DNA from: Aplysia californica
Lineage: Eukaryota
NCBI RefSeq assembly: GCF_000002075.1
Contig: NW_004797311.1
Coordinates: 773,412-837,411, forward strand
Length of the DNA stretch: 64,000 nucleotides
Reading direction: 5' to 3'
The notes beneath the pieces are model-generated. The model ran no database searches and had not been told where the DNA came from. It saw only the letters and a program-made list of their open reading frames with translations. Of this stretch, positions 26,297 to 40,000 are shown piece by piece. Numbering within the stretch: the first letter of the stretch is position 1; every line of letters starts with the position of its first letter. A program made the translations under genes and the position numbers.

Positions 26297-29200
26297 ATTG
26301 AATGTCTCCGATCTCAGGTAAAAAAAATGTCAAGCATAGTTCGATCGGTTGCATACTCCTCAAATGTGATGGCACCTAAATCATTTATATAATTTGTACT
26401 AAAAAAACCTCTTGCAAATCACTCAAGTTTCTCTTCTCCACCCACTTCTGTTGCCGACATTTCTAGGTCCCACTCTCCACTTCTTTGAACAGTGAATAAA
26501 ACAAAGGAACTCATTATTCATGATCAACAAAATAAGTCAGAGTCGATTCTTGATTCTGGAATTTTTATTATATGAGCAAAACAGTCATGCTATATCAATA
26601 TAAAATATAAAGTTTTGTCTCACACTCGGAGGAATAAAATCCTAAATCCCAAAACCAGTGTATAAATATCACAAGGCTTGATAACAGTAATAGGGTGTGG
26701 TAGTGTAAAGCAGCTCTGTGCAGTTCCCTTGTACATTTTCAAACCTCTCTAAATAAATGCATTCGGCTGTTCTTAAAATCAAAAGAAAAACAACAACAAA
26801 AAAAACAATCATTCAAAATGAAAACAAGTGGCTGTCCAAAAGTATTGCAGACTTATGAGAAATGCTGGTGCAGTCTTGAACATGTACAATAATTCAATTT
26901 GGGCTCAACACAGCTGTTACCTGAAACTCCATTTTCTTATATAATCATGTTGTCATTGTTTTGAGACTTTATTAAATGCAGTCCACTCCTGGTCGCTGGC
27001 CTATTGGCATTTAGCAGGTGGACATTTCAAAGGCAGACATTTGATAAAACAGACATTCAGCTTACAAATTTTCAGATGAAATAGAAAAATATGTTGCATT
27101 AATGCAAGCATAACTGTACAGGAAAAGAAAAATCAGTTGTAACCACTTTTAAAATAGGAATGTAAGAAATGCAGTGAATCTATATAAAGCCAAAGAGTGG
27201 CTTCAGATGCAAATTTCACAGAAAAGAAGGAAGCTAAATCTTCAATCCACTCTCTCATTCTATGGCATTATTGGCAGGACCTATTGACCTTAACAATGTG
27301 TCCTAGGTGGGTCAAATCAGAGGTCATTCTTTTCAAGAACCATTATTACTAGGCATCGCTGAATGCCCCCTATAAAAGAAGTGTCAATATTTTGGTCAGT
27401 TCAACTCACACAAGACTGAAGCTTACATATTTCATTGAAATACAACTGATTCATAAGCAAATTACTTTATCTTTCTTTGAAGTTCAATTATTACTATTTT
27501 ATAAAGCAGTAAAAATGTACAAAACCAAAAAGTAACAACTGCAATTCAAAAGACCAAATGTTGATTCTACCAAATGCACGTTGTGTTGGTGTCCATTCGA
27601 ACAAATGCATGATTGTGAACAGCCTGCAGTCCAAAAACCTCTGAATCATCTGTCATGATATGGACTAGACTTCATTCGTTAGGAACAAACCAGTCATCTC
27701 TGCTTGTGTCAAAGAATAATATTGTCATAAAAAACAAAACAAATCAGAACTGAGCATGTGGTATGAACAACCCTAGTAACCTGATAATAATATATCATAA
27801 ACACTATAATATCTTTGTCAAGAAATATATACTACGGCTGAATTTCACACATGGAACGCTTTTTTTTTGGTGTAGAACACCCCCACCCGTAACGAATCAA
27901 GCATTTATTTATTTCTTTAGAATCAGTAGGGAGACAACTTGTAACATGAAAATGACATGACAGTAGTGAGCTTAAAAAAAATCAAAGGTTGACTGATTAC
28001 TTATTACAACAAGTTCACTATCCAACACATCTTCACAATGTATCTGACAAATTTGGTGTCAGTTGTCATGTACATGCATATTTGTGTAAAAATAACTGCT
28101 TTACATAAAAACAACATTAATAGATTTAGAAGGACTATCACTCAGTATAAATGATATACTGTACATGAAAGTTCTTGTCACACATATTACAGTCATCTAA
28201 AGGAGTATTTCCTTTTTTTTTTTGCTTTAGACGACTCACCTTTAACTTCTAAATGCTATCTATTAAATCCGATCTTCTGTATGAAATTTAGTGTACATGA
28301 TACACGAATTAGCATTTCATGACATAATTATAATTCTTCAAGCCTTTTCTGCTCTGATTGATTTTTTGGTTAAAGATCCCATCATATACTGAAGAAACAT
28401 CACCATCACAGATGTGACTGAAAAACTTTTGGGAACAAACAAGACTAGATACAACATTTCAGAAAATTAAAATAACAACAAGCAGAGAGCACTGAACTCA
28501 AAAAAAGGTTTGAGACAAACTTAAAATGTGAAATACTGATATCAATCATATTGGCAAGATGATCATGATATATTTAGCAGTCTTTTGTTAAACTTTCCAT
28601 ACAAATGTAAAAATTCTGGGGCTCCTTTAATAATAGCTTAAAAAAAGAAATGTAGTAAAGAAATGTCTCAGTGAGAAAGTAATGAATTCCATAAGAAGGG
28701 GAAGACTGGAAAAAAGACAAAATTAAAGCAAGAATGGCATTATGCTGACTTTTATCTTTCCCATTGATATATTTTTAAAAAATTGAACACAAATATCATG
28801 CTACCTCGTAAAAACATCTTGGATATTTAAAGATAGTCATAAGCAAACAATCAATATAGAAGCAATTTGTATCCCAGGAAATAAGAGAAACATAAAAGTA
28901 ACAGTGAAAACCCAATTCCATCACTACTTGTTTGATCATGTATTCCATCAGATATGGCAACAAAAAAACAACACAACCAGTAAATGCAAAGACACTTACA
29001 AACACATTGGTCAATACAGGTGCAACAAAATTCTCACATGAGACAGGAAAAGTAAGTAATCTTTATGTTGGCTATCTGGGTGGAAGTCAGCGGAATACTG
29101 TAAGCGGATGAACGACGAGGCAAAAATACTCAGTAAATGTGACTAAGTGTCATTGATAAACTCTAATAATTGGAAGCATTCACTGACAATAAGATTAAGT

Positions 29201-31081
29201 AACAGACAGTTCTTTGATTTGGATTTTAGACGATGTGTGCATGTTTGTTAACTGACTTGAATCTGTGTTCTTTGCACAGAAATATTTTGTTAACATTCAT
29301 TTTTGAAAGGAAGATGTTTGAAAATGAGAAATGATCCAGCCTAATATGTTCTGACTTGTTTATAATGCTGAAAAGGGCTTTTGTGTACCTATTGTAAAAG
29401 TATAGGTAAATTATTATCATACTCATAAAATCAAAACGTTCATATATACAATGACTGTATATGACATATGAGGAAATCACCGACTCTGTGTACATGTCAT
29501 GAAAAATAAAATGAATTGTTTCAAAGAGAGATCCATATTCATATAATATGCTACTTCATGCATCATTCACTTTCACATATATGACTTGGAAGTGTGTGAA
29601 TAAGGTGGAACACAAACATGAATATTATAGTGGATGTAATCAAATGACAGTTAGAATGGCAATGCCTACAAGTGCTTCACAATGTTCCCTACCCAAACTG
29701 ACATGTAAAAATTCTACCACTTCAGTATGACTTTTCTCAGTTTCGCTTATAATTTAATTTACACTACACTGTTATCTCTCTTTTAGACAAAAATTCTGTA
29801 TGAATTAAATGTTGTCATGAACAGCCATGGTAAACAGTTTGAATTAATATTTACCAATTCCTTGAAACCAACAATAAAATTTCAGCTGTATAAAAATCAA
29901 AATAACGTTTAACTCTGTACCGCAAATGCCAAAAATAACATGCTGTCTGAAATATCCTTAGAGATTTCCATTGCAAACTGTGATTAGAGACCAAGCTAAC
30001 AGCAAAGAACTTTTATTTTTTGACATAAAAAGTATTCAACACATATATCACAATTGTACTTATAAATAAACAAAACTTTTCAATGTTCTCAACAATGGAA
30101 TTGATATCTCATTACATGTGAACTAACACACTTTGTCTTCCGCTCTCATTGGTCCTTATATTTTTTAAGATAATATATTATATGCAGGGAATATTCTTTG
30201 TAAGCATGTATTATATAGGTAATACTTTCATAATTTTCAAAATAACATACTTTTGAAAAACAATTACTTAGTAATAACCATGACAAAGAAACAAGACTAG
30301 GTGCAGTCAAATTAAAAAGACTTTTTCCTTAACAAGGTCAATTCAGCATATAACCTGCTATATATATTCAAGTCCATAATCTGTCCTGAACAAATGAAAA
30401 GGTATCAAATGCATTACCAAAAAACATAACTGTGCAGTATCTCCTTTTGTTTCTTAAAAAAAAAAAATGTAATTCTATACATTATTTCAATAACAAATTC
30501 CTTTGAGGACATTGATACTTTAATGGCAGTTCAGGAAATATGAATAAAAGTGATTGTCCATCTTGGAAGAACCCATTTCCATATTCTCATTATTTGAGGT
30601 AAAAAGGAAAAATGTGAGATACAGTAACAGTGAAATTGAATCTGAAATCTCTCTTTTTCTTACATCAATTCTATAATACAAAGAGAAATTATTCTTCCAT
30701 TATATGAAGAATGAAAAAAACTAAACGAAGGTAAACAGGCAAAACATACTTGCCAACTGACCTTACCAGAGCAAATTTTGTATACAATTTTGATTTAAAA
30801 TCAATCTCGGCTCTTAGAACAAAAAAACCCAACCAGTTCTGAAGAATAAACCAACTACAGTCACTAGGAGTACCCGTAAGGCGTCTTTTTAGTCCAGAAC
30901 ACTGCCTAATAATCATACATTTTTCATCCCATGAAAAATAATATTTCCACAACATCATAATATACACAAAATTACACATACAATGTTTAAAGTAACAGAA
31001 ATATCACCGCACATTGAACAAGGAGAAGATTAACAATGAAAACAATCAACGATGTACCACAAGGGCTTTGATTATAGGGGC

Positions 31082-34000
31082 TCAGCGCTGCCACATTTCA
31101 CATCCTCCCTCTCCTCTGATCAACTGCAAAAATGCTTTCTTTGACTGAAACAAAAGACATCAGAAAAATGATTTGAAAAGGTGAGATACTACTAGAGCAG
31201 TGATGAATAAGTCATTTGGGATACTGAGAAGAAAAGACATGTCGCCAGTTTTGGATACTAAAAAAACCAGTAAGTCATAATTTTTTGTCACATCTAAAAA
31301 TTTAGACTGGAATCTCAGTCTACTGAATAAAAAATTAATTTGGTTGATGGAAAGCAATCACTTTTACCTTCCAATGTAAAGAGTTTAAACTGTCAAAAAT
31401 CTGTCCATTTTCTTACCTACTGACCTCTCTATGAGTCTTTAACATAAAATGCCTATGCACAAAAGTATCGTGAGGTCAAAATGACTTATATCTTAAGAAT
31501 ACGACGGAGGCTTTAAAGATTATGCAGGTTGAGTGCTACACCAACTCCCCATGTTTATGACTCCATATAAAAAAGAAATACATCAAACAATATCATAACA
31601 CTTTAGAACACAACAAAGAACTAAAAATCAAAATGATAAAAAGAAAAACAAACAAATGATGTATTCAAAGAATAATAATTCATGAGATTTCACACAATCT
31701 CTTTGCTCCCTCCCTTTTATTCCCTTTCTACTGCTGCTCAAACAAACAGATGTAGCAGCTTTCCTTTCCCTTCCCAATGTCATTAGGTGTCTTTAGGTCT
31801 TTAGGGGAGGATATTAACATCTGAAGTTCTTATGCACAGTAGAATTGTAATTGTAAATGGGCTGATTCATTAATGTCATGTTGATAACTGTGCCTGAACT
31901 GCAACAGGGAACTGCTGCTTTTTCTTTCCTAATCCTTACCATCGTCATTTTTTGTCTACTTCTTTTGTATGTTTGTCACACTCTTGTGACCCGCTATTTC
32001 CGGGGTCCTTTGATAGTCGAAGCAGACTTTGTGCTGTTGAAGCTAGAGAGGTGAGCAGAGTAAGTCTGATTCCCTGTAAGGACCTCCCAGTTGACATCCA
32101 CCCCTTGGCGCTCATATGACCTTATGCAGTTGTGAGCGCCGTAAAACCTCTATTAAAACAAACAAAATTTTTAGATATATACCTCAATAAACATTGCCAG
32201 TGCAACGTTCTGACTTTAATTTTTAACAAACATTGTCAGATGAATTGACAAAGTTTTTTCCTTCTCCCATAAAATGTTGTTTCTGTGGGATACAGGGTTG
32301 TTGTACTCGGGCGACGACATGGTTATCAAGGTCAAACAGAGCAGACACACTTGGCAAACGAGGATCTAGACAGGAACAACCCAACATTCCAAATTCATAC
32401 AACACTGCAAAACAAATCATCAAAAGCAACAACAAACAAGATTGGATGAACAGATGGGTCCTAGGAAAGACAGGCAGAGCAGTTTTCAAACATATGACCA
32501 CAACAAAAAGAAATGACAATATCAACCACATACAGAGAAAGAAACAGACCACGATCTTCCGCCAACGAACAGAACATACACAGCTCAACTTCCACATGAA
32601 CAGAATAAACCCGGAACTTCCCCCAATGTGTCCCTTGTGTGACTATGCATATGAGACTGTGGATCATCATCTGTTCCACTGCACAGCCTTAAATGACATC
32701 AGAGCAACCCTTCTCCCTCCGAGACCTAACATTGACAACACACTCTATGGAACATTACAGCAACTGCAGCAAACCTGCACTTATCACTACATGGCATTGG
32801 AGAGAAGGGCGAGGGCCCAGCTGTTGCTGGATCGATAACAACAACAACAACAACATCAAGGTAAAAATCCAGATCTAAAAATGTATCAAAGAAGGGCTCC
32901 TTTTCGTGCAAGTAACTTCACAGGCCTGACAGGAGTTCATCCTTTACCTTATCATTTGGCAAACAAGTTCCCAGACATTCCAGCATGAGTGTGTCCTGAG
33001 TAACTGCCTGTTTGAAGTCTGGGTATGACACTCGACCATCGTGATCACAGTCCTGTCAGATAGAAGAACCATCGGAACACACAAGTCAAACAAAGCAATA
33101 ATGTTATGCTCTAACCGAGTAGCTGGTTCTTTGAAAAAAATATCAATGTATATACATCCTTGTCCTGAAGAAAGATTTTTATAAAGGACCGGCAAAATGA
33201 CAACGGCAACTGATTTATGCCCACCCAAAAAATGAGTCGATCTTTTCCTTTCAATTACATGGTCAGGCTATAGCATCATTGAATTATGCTTTGGAAATTC
33301 AAAAAATTTTAGAAACAAACCCCCCCCCCCCAAAAAAAAAAAAAAAAGAAAGAAAGAAAGAATAAAAATAACCCTTTACTTCTTAGAAATTCTTCTCCTT
33401 TCAATTCATTGAAATTTTGAGCCATAGTTTTCAATCCCAAGTACAAGATTTCTGACTTAAAAAAACAATATGTGAACATCAAGGTGATGCTTATATATAT
33501 CTTGACATTAAAATTGAATACACTATGTATTTAACTCATTCGCTACGCCGAGCCGTGGGGGGCGGCGCGGCTCAAGTGCCGTCAGTACGCTAAGCCGCCC
33601 CTGGCCGCTCGAGAACCGACGTTCAATTTTAGCTTGGTTTCTATTCCAATCCACATATCCATGTTAAAATAAAGGTCATAATATAATGTTGACTTCCGGG
33701 TCAAGCGTTTCCACCGAAAATCGGAAGTTTTGATTCAGTTTTGAAACATGATTTCGTAGTTTATTCGACTTTGTTTTATCGCGAAGCCCAGACACCAGTC
33801 TTAGTACTTTTACACAACAAAATGTATAATTATTTTGCTCACTAAAGAAGTGTAGGACTCTTCTTTATAATATTGATACTATTGGACGCAAATTGCCGGT
33901 GCACTGTAATTGAGAAATCAATATATTTGAGTGCTAGATCTAGGCCTAGATCTAAATAGTCAAAATATTTTTTTCTCCCCAAAATCACTACTTTGGGGTG

Positions 34001-37000
34001 AAATTAATCAAAAAGTACCACTCAAGACATGTATAGGTTTATTCCAAATGCAATTCTGAATAATTCCATATAAGTTACGCTTATTTTTTTCTGTTTGTGA
34101 TCCTTTTTTCAAAATTATTTTAAAAAATTTTTTTTTTCAATATCGGATGTTATGATCCAAATGTACAAATATTATGGAATGTATGTAAATAACTGCACAT
34201 TTTTCAATATTTTCCTGTTCTATATACAGTTATGGTTATTTTGAGGTATCATTTGACTAGGTGCAAACATATTTTTTTAGTTTCACCTGAGATTATAAAT
34301 TTTTTATTTTCCAATTTTATCCGCATCCAATCACAATTGTGTTGCATAATCGCCTCTTACAGGAACCAAAGTTGAAAAATACGCAAATACATAATGCAGA
34401 TGTATTCTACAAACCATACTGAAAATGTTGGTATATAATATGTTGATATTTATTTGAATTTATGGCCCCCAAGTCCTGTGAACTGCGCACAAGTCATCAT
34501 CTCATTTCGCCCTCCCGAAAAGAATTCGTCCACAAGCCGAAAATAATACGTAGCGAATGAGTTAATTGACAATAATACTATCCACCCAGGTAGTACGCGC
34601 AACACTTATCCCCACGGACCAAGATACAGATGCGGTACATGCTATATCACATCGTCGCCGATCAGCGTCCCAAGGGGAAAAGGTACTGCTTTAAGCCATC
34701 CCCCATCGGCGTCCCGTGGGGGCAAAGTGTTAAAGTATGTACAATGAGACATTGAACTGATCATCACATTTATTCAGTCATATGTGAGACACACTCCAAA
34801 CTCACCAGCTTTTTCAAAGCTGTCTCCACCAGGTCTTTAACTCCCTCATCCGGGTCCTCTTCTGTGGACTGCTACAGCAACAGGGCACAAAGTTACATGT
34901 GTAGTCATTTAAGAAATAATGGGCTGAAAACAATGTGAAAATTAATCCTAAAGCTGTTGTGGATATCTGATAACATACCATTAGCAAACTCTTCAATTGT
35001 TCTGAGCTCACAAAGCAAACATTTTTAGGAGAGAGAAAATACTGTTTCATACTTTTCAAAATTGTACATACTTCTTGTATCTTTTCCTGCTATTTTTTTC
35101 TTTATTCAGAATTCCAATTTTGATAAAATATTTCTTGAGCATATATGATTGATACCATAGGTTAAGAAACTGTGTTTTAAAAAGAATGATAAAATTTGGG
35201 TTTCGTGCATCTGAACAGCTGGCTGACGATATGTGAGTGAGACATGATGAACAAATATCACTTTTGAATATCCACGAAATTATCCTTCTGTACCATAATC
35301 AATGACAAATAAGTATCCTTAACTTCTTTCCATTCAGAACATGTCATTACTACATAACACTCGTTAAAGTATGCTCATATGATATGAAAAAAAGAGAGCA
35401 GAGAAAAATCCATGGGATAACAGCAAGAGCTGAAAATCAGTTTGAATCCCTGAAAGTGATCTATTCACTGCCATGCTGTCATTGAATGAAATCACATAAT
35501 GTTGATATGTCACCAGGTGAAAATGAAAGAATTCACCAGATACATACCAGAGTAAAAAATAGGCATACCTTCACAAGAGTTGACTTGAGCAAGTGAAACA
35601 TTTCCTCTCTGGAGATGTAGCCATCAGAATTAAGGTCATAAACCTGAAAACAATCTGAAAGATGACGCTTACATTAATGGGCTGCATTTTAACTATATCA
35701 TACATATATAACTATTGTTAAATAGGCAAAAAAAGGCATGACTATCACCTCCATCATCATTGTAATGTGACACACAGCGAAAAATATGAATAAAAATCCT
35801 CTTTCAATATGAAAAAGCGGAGTCTAAAATGCTCAAAGCAATGAATGGATTGAGATCCATGCCTCAAAGATGAATCTTAAACAGCCAAATGATGATATGC
35901 CCAATAAGGTATCCTTACATTTCATTTGATCTTCCAAGTTTCCCACAAGAAGAGTAGAGAGTCCACAGATGAAGTCTTCTGGTCTCAAGTATCCTTTGCT
36001 GCCTTTGTCAAAAGCTCTGAAAACTACAGAAGCGAAAAGGGAGTTAAGTTTTATGCTGAAACACAAAACGCACAATCCACACTTCAAGGAAGTAAAGAAA
36101 AGAGAAATATACAAAAGTGCTCCATTACTCTCTACTTTCATGTTCCCCGAATAACCATCCTCTGAACTAACAAATATTTTGTTCAACATAAAGATAGCAA
36201 TACTTCCCCGTCCCACAGACCCCCATTAAAATATCATTCATACAGACCACCAATATTTTAGCTTGAGGTAGATAAAACGAGTAGAGGAAAAATCTACAAA
36301 AGAATGTCGATATGTGAGGCATCGTGGTGAAATCAAGCGCTCGTCAAAATAATGAAATCAAAGAGATCTTTTGCCAATAGGCAATTTTTTTCAAATTTAG
36401 TATTTTTGGTTCAACACCTTTCATGCCCATTTAAAAACACATCTGTGTGCGGATTTTACTGAAAAACATTGATTAAAGGCACAAAAAACTAAATTTTTAA
36501 TTTCCAAGAATTTTCAGGCTAAGGAAGTTACCAAACTTTGGAGACCATTTTCTCGCTAATTTTGTTTCTGAAATCAGGCGACCCTGACCTCCTTCAATTG
36601 CCAATATTTCTACTCCTATTCAACATAGATGAAAATGTTTTTCACAAAAAGAAAGGCAAATAAACAGGCTTTAAGATGATACCAATTGCCTCATATTATG
36701 TCCAAAAACTGATGAGCGCCTGATTCCACCACGTTGTGACATATATATGTTCTCTTTGGTGAAAATAACGAGAAGTCTGTTATAAAGTTAAAGATACTAT
36801 TCTAAACCCCCTTTTTTTCCTTTCTTTATCTCTGGTAATAAAATTTGAATACTGCTATAGCGTAATAAGACCAACACAAAAGTCGATTATAGCAGAATAT
36901 TGCGGTTGCTGTGCACAGTGCATAGGCCAATTTTAATGTAAAACCTCTCAAGTGGAGAAACCTTTTGGAGATCTAGTGAAACAAAGAATGGGAGAGCCCA

Positions 37001-40000
37001 TGTGTGCCAACAATGAAGACCGCAGCGAATGAGTGAGGAGCGTTTGGTATGCGCAGACAAGCAGAGCGCATCGCAAGATAGGCCAGCCTAGTCTAGATTA
37101 TCTAGGCCTACTATGCCTCTCACTTCTCCGATGCGGGGATGGAGAGGTCACAATGCTGTGATGGATGAGGCAAATGTGTGATGTGCTCAAGCAGACGGAA
37201 TGCACCACAGGATGTGGTGGGGATGGGGAACAACACAGTGGGCGAGTTAGCCTAGAGCCCTTTCTGACTGATCGCCAACACTGAGCTGCAAACATCGCTA
37301 GCGTTAGAGAAAGAAAGCTGATTTGATTTTTGATAAAGCAAGACCTAGAGATCATGTTGAACAAAACCATAAACAGGGGAGATAACAAAAAGAAATAAAC
37401 AGAACACCAAACTCATAGGTTTGGCTTACTTTATTACTTTCCTTGAATTTATTACTGGATCCCCTATAACGAGAATCCTGCTATAGCGTACACTTCGCAC
37501 CAGTCCCCTCCCTCTCGTTATAACAGGATTCCACTGTATAACATGTACTTACTCCTGTCCATGAGAAAATCATCTGTGATCTGGAAGCTTTTGTGAAGTT
37601 CATCTCTGAATCTTACTCTCTCAAGTCTGTGTTTGTGTCCAGCAGTTCCACTAAATTTATTGAACAGCTCAAGCAGAGAAGTAATTTCTAGTGCCGAAAC
37701 TGAGGAAAAAATAAATTCAATATAATTTCCAAAATAAAAATGATACAAACTTTCCTGAGCTAAATCCAAATTTGATCTAGCAACTCAGTAACACCAGGAT
37801 ATTTCTTTTGAGGAGGCATCAATGGATTCATGCATGGGGCAACAAAGTCACTTGAAGTGGGTCTGAACCCATTTCAAGTCAGCATTCTAAACCATCAATA
37901 GTGCCTCAATTTCGAATTGACTACTTGTCACATTTCTAAAACAGGATTGCTAATTGCAACAAGAGATGCTATAAATGTACACCCAGCAAAATTTTGACCA
38001 ATCGTCTCTTGAATGGAAGGAAATTTTAAAACACACTTTTGAAAATAGTTGTCATTATGCCTTCTCGCAGATGTCATTGTCTTTTCATTCATTATATTTT
38101 GACTTGCTAATGAATTCGTATTATCTATTTCAGTACATAAAATACTTTGATTTCATAAAGTAAGCCTATACTATATAACAACTTGAACCATTAATTTATA
38201 GTAGTGTTATCTGACATCTCTCTCTATATATATATATACAGTAGAACTATCTGTCCTTAACCTTCCTTTGGTAGGCCTACTTAATTACTAGACAAATTGT
38301 GCAATTGCTAACATACCAGTGTCTTGGTCAACAACCGAGTGTCTTCATTGTCAACCTCTGCTGAGCTTAAAAACTCAACTGTGATATATCCTGTTCGGGC
38401 AAACATTCTGGTATATCACACGAAGAAATATAATGAGGGTGTGATTGCACTCACGAGAGTGGACGATCTGCGTTGCTATAAGCAGTACGTAACAAAGATC
38501 ACAAATTTTCATCGCTTGGTTGATAAGCTGCGCTTGAGTTTCTGGTCAGTAAATCATGATCTAAAATGCAGGATCTTAGTCAAATATAGTACTTCAAAGA
38601 GAGATCTTTGGTACGACCTTCGTTTGTATAGTTCAAATGGGCGGAGAGTTCTACTATAAGGATACTAGAATGAGCAAGGCTGAGATCCCCTTCGTACTCT
38701 GTAATATTAAATTAAAAGGCCCTGCCTAGACTAGGATCGAGAATAGAATCTGATATATCTATTTATAATTGGTGCAAAGTTTAGAACCAGAATCCAGATC
38801 ACCTGTATCATAGGTATTTTTTTAACTTTCCCTCCCGTCTCAAACTTAGCTAGAAATCTACCTGCAGTTGTCAATTTTCGACTAAATATTAATGCGCTGA
38901 ACACGAATATCAATTTCATTTCCGTCGCATATTAATAGTTTTTGAAATATTTGATTGTCCTTAATCGTGATAGACCAGCTTTGGACCAATCGGGGAGGGT
39001 TCCAGGGGGGNNNNNNNNNNNNNNNNNNNNNNNNNNNNNNNNNNNNNNNNNNNNNNNNNNNNNNNNNNNNNNNNNNNNNNNNNNNNNNNNNNNNNNNNNN
39101 NNNNNNNNNNCAAATATTTGGACCTTTTCACTCATGATCCAAGCTGCCTTATAGCTTTGCCGACAAATGGCTCCAGGCACACACACATGTATTATGTGTC
39201 ATCGACGCAGTGAAATCAGGCGCTCGTCAATTTTTGGGCATTGTTGAGTTAATGGTGTAATCCTGTTAAGCTTCCTTGTCTTACGTATGATGAAAAAAAC
39301 ACCCATATAATCTTGAATAGAAGTCGAGATATTTCCCTGATTGAAATGAGGTCACCTGTTTTCTGAGGTAAATTTATCGAGAAAATGGCCGCCAAAATTT
39401 GGTAACTTCCATAGTTTGAGAGTCCTTGGGAAACGAAAATTTACATTTTTTGTGCCTATGACAAATTTGTTTTTAATTTAAAATAGACATATAAAAGGTG
39501 TTGAGCCAAAAAATAAAAATTGGGGAAAAAATTGCCAAACCCGCAGAAAAATGAAGTTTTCTTCAATTTCATTATTCTGACAAGCACCTGATTTCACCAG
39601 GATGCCCCACATATTTTAGCACACAGATGTTTTCCTCACTCTTGTAATTTGAGAGAGTTTAAGGGATAAGTCGATAAGTTAACTTAAAAATTTCCCAGCT
39701 TTAAATTCTTCTGATCCTTGAAATTCTGGTAAATTTTTACTTTTGCTCCAACACACAGATGCACACTGCCTTTCGGGGCCTAAACACCATATTCGGCTGT
39801 AGAACACACATTTATGTGGCCTCTAAAACTGTCGTAAATGCAAATTGTTTTCAAGAAAATCTCAAATCTAATTGCTAAACATCAATTATGGGAAAATGAC
39901 TAGATTTGGAAATATTTTATGTTGTTAATTGGAACTAAATCACACTAATTTAAGCCTCTATTATATGCATAGTAATATTGCGTGTTTTAAAAAATCTGGG

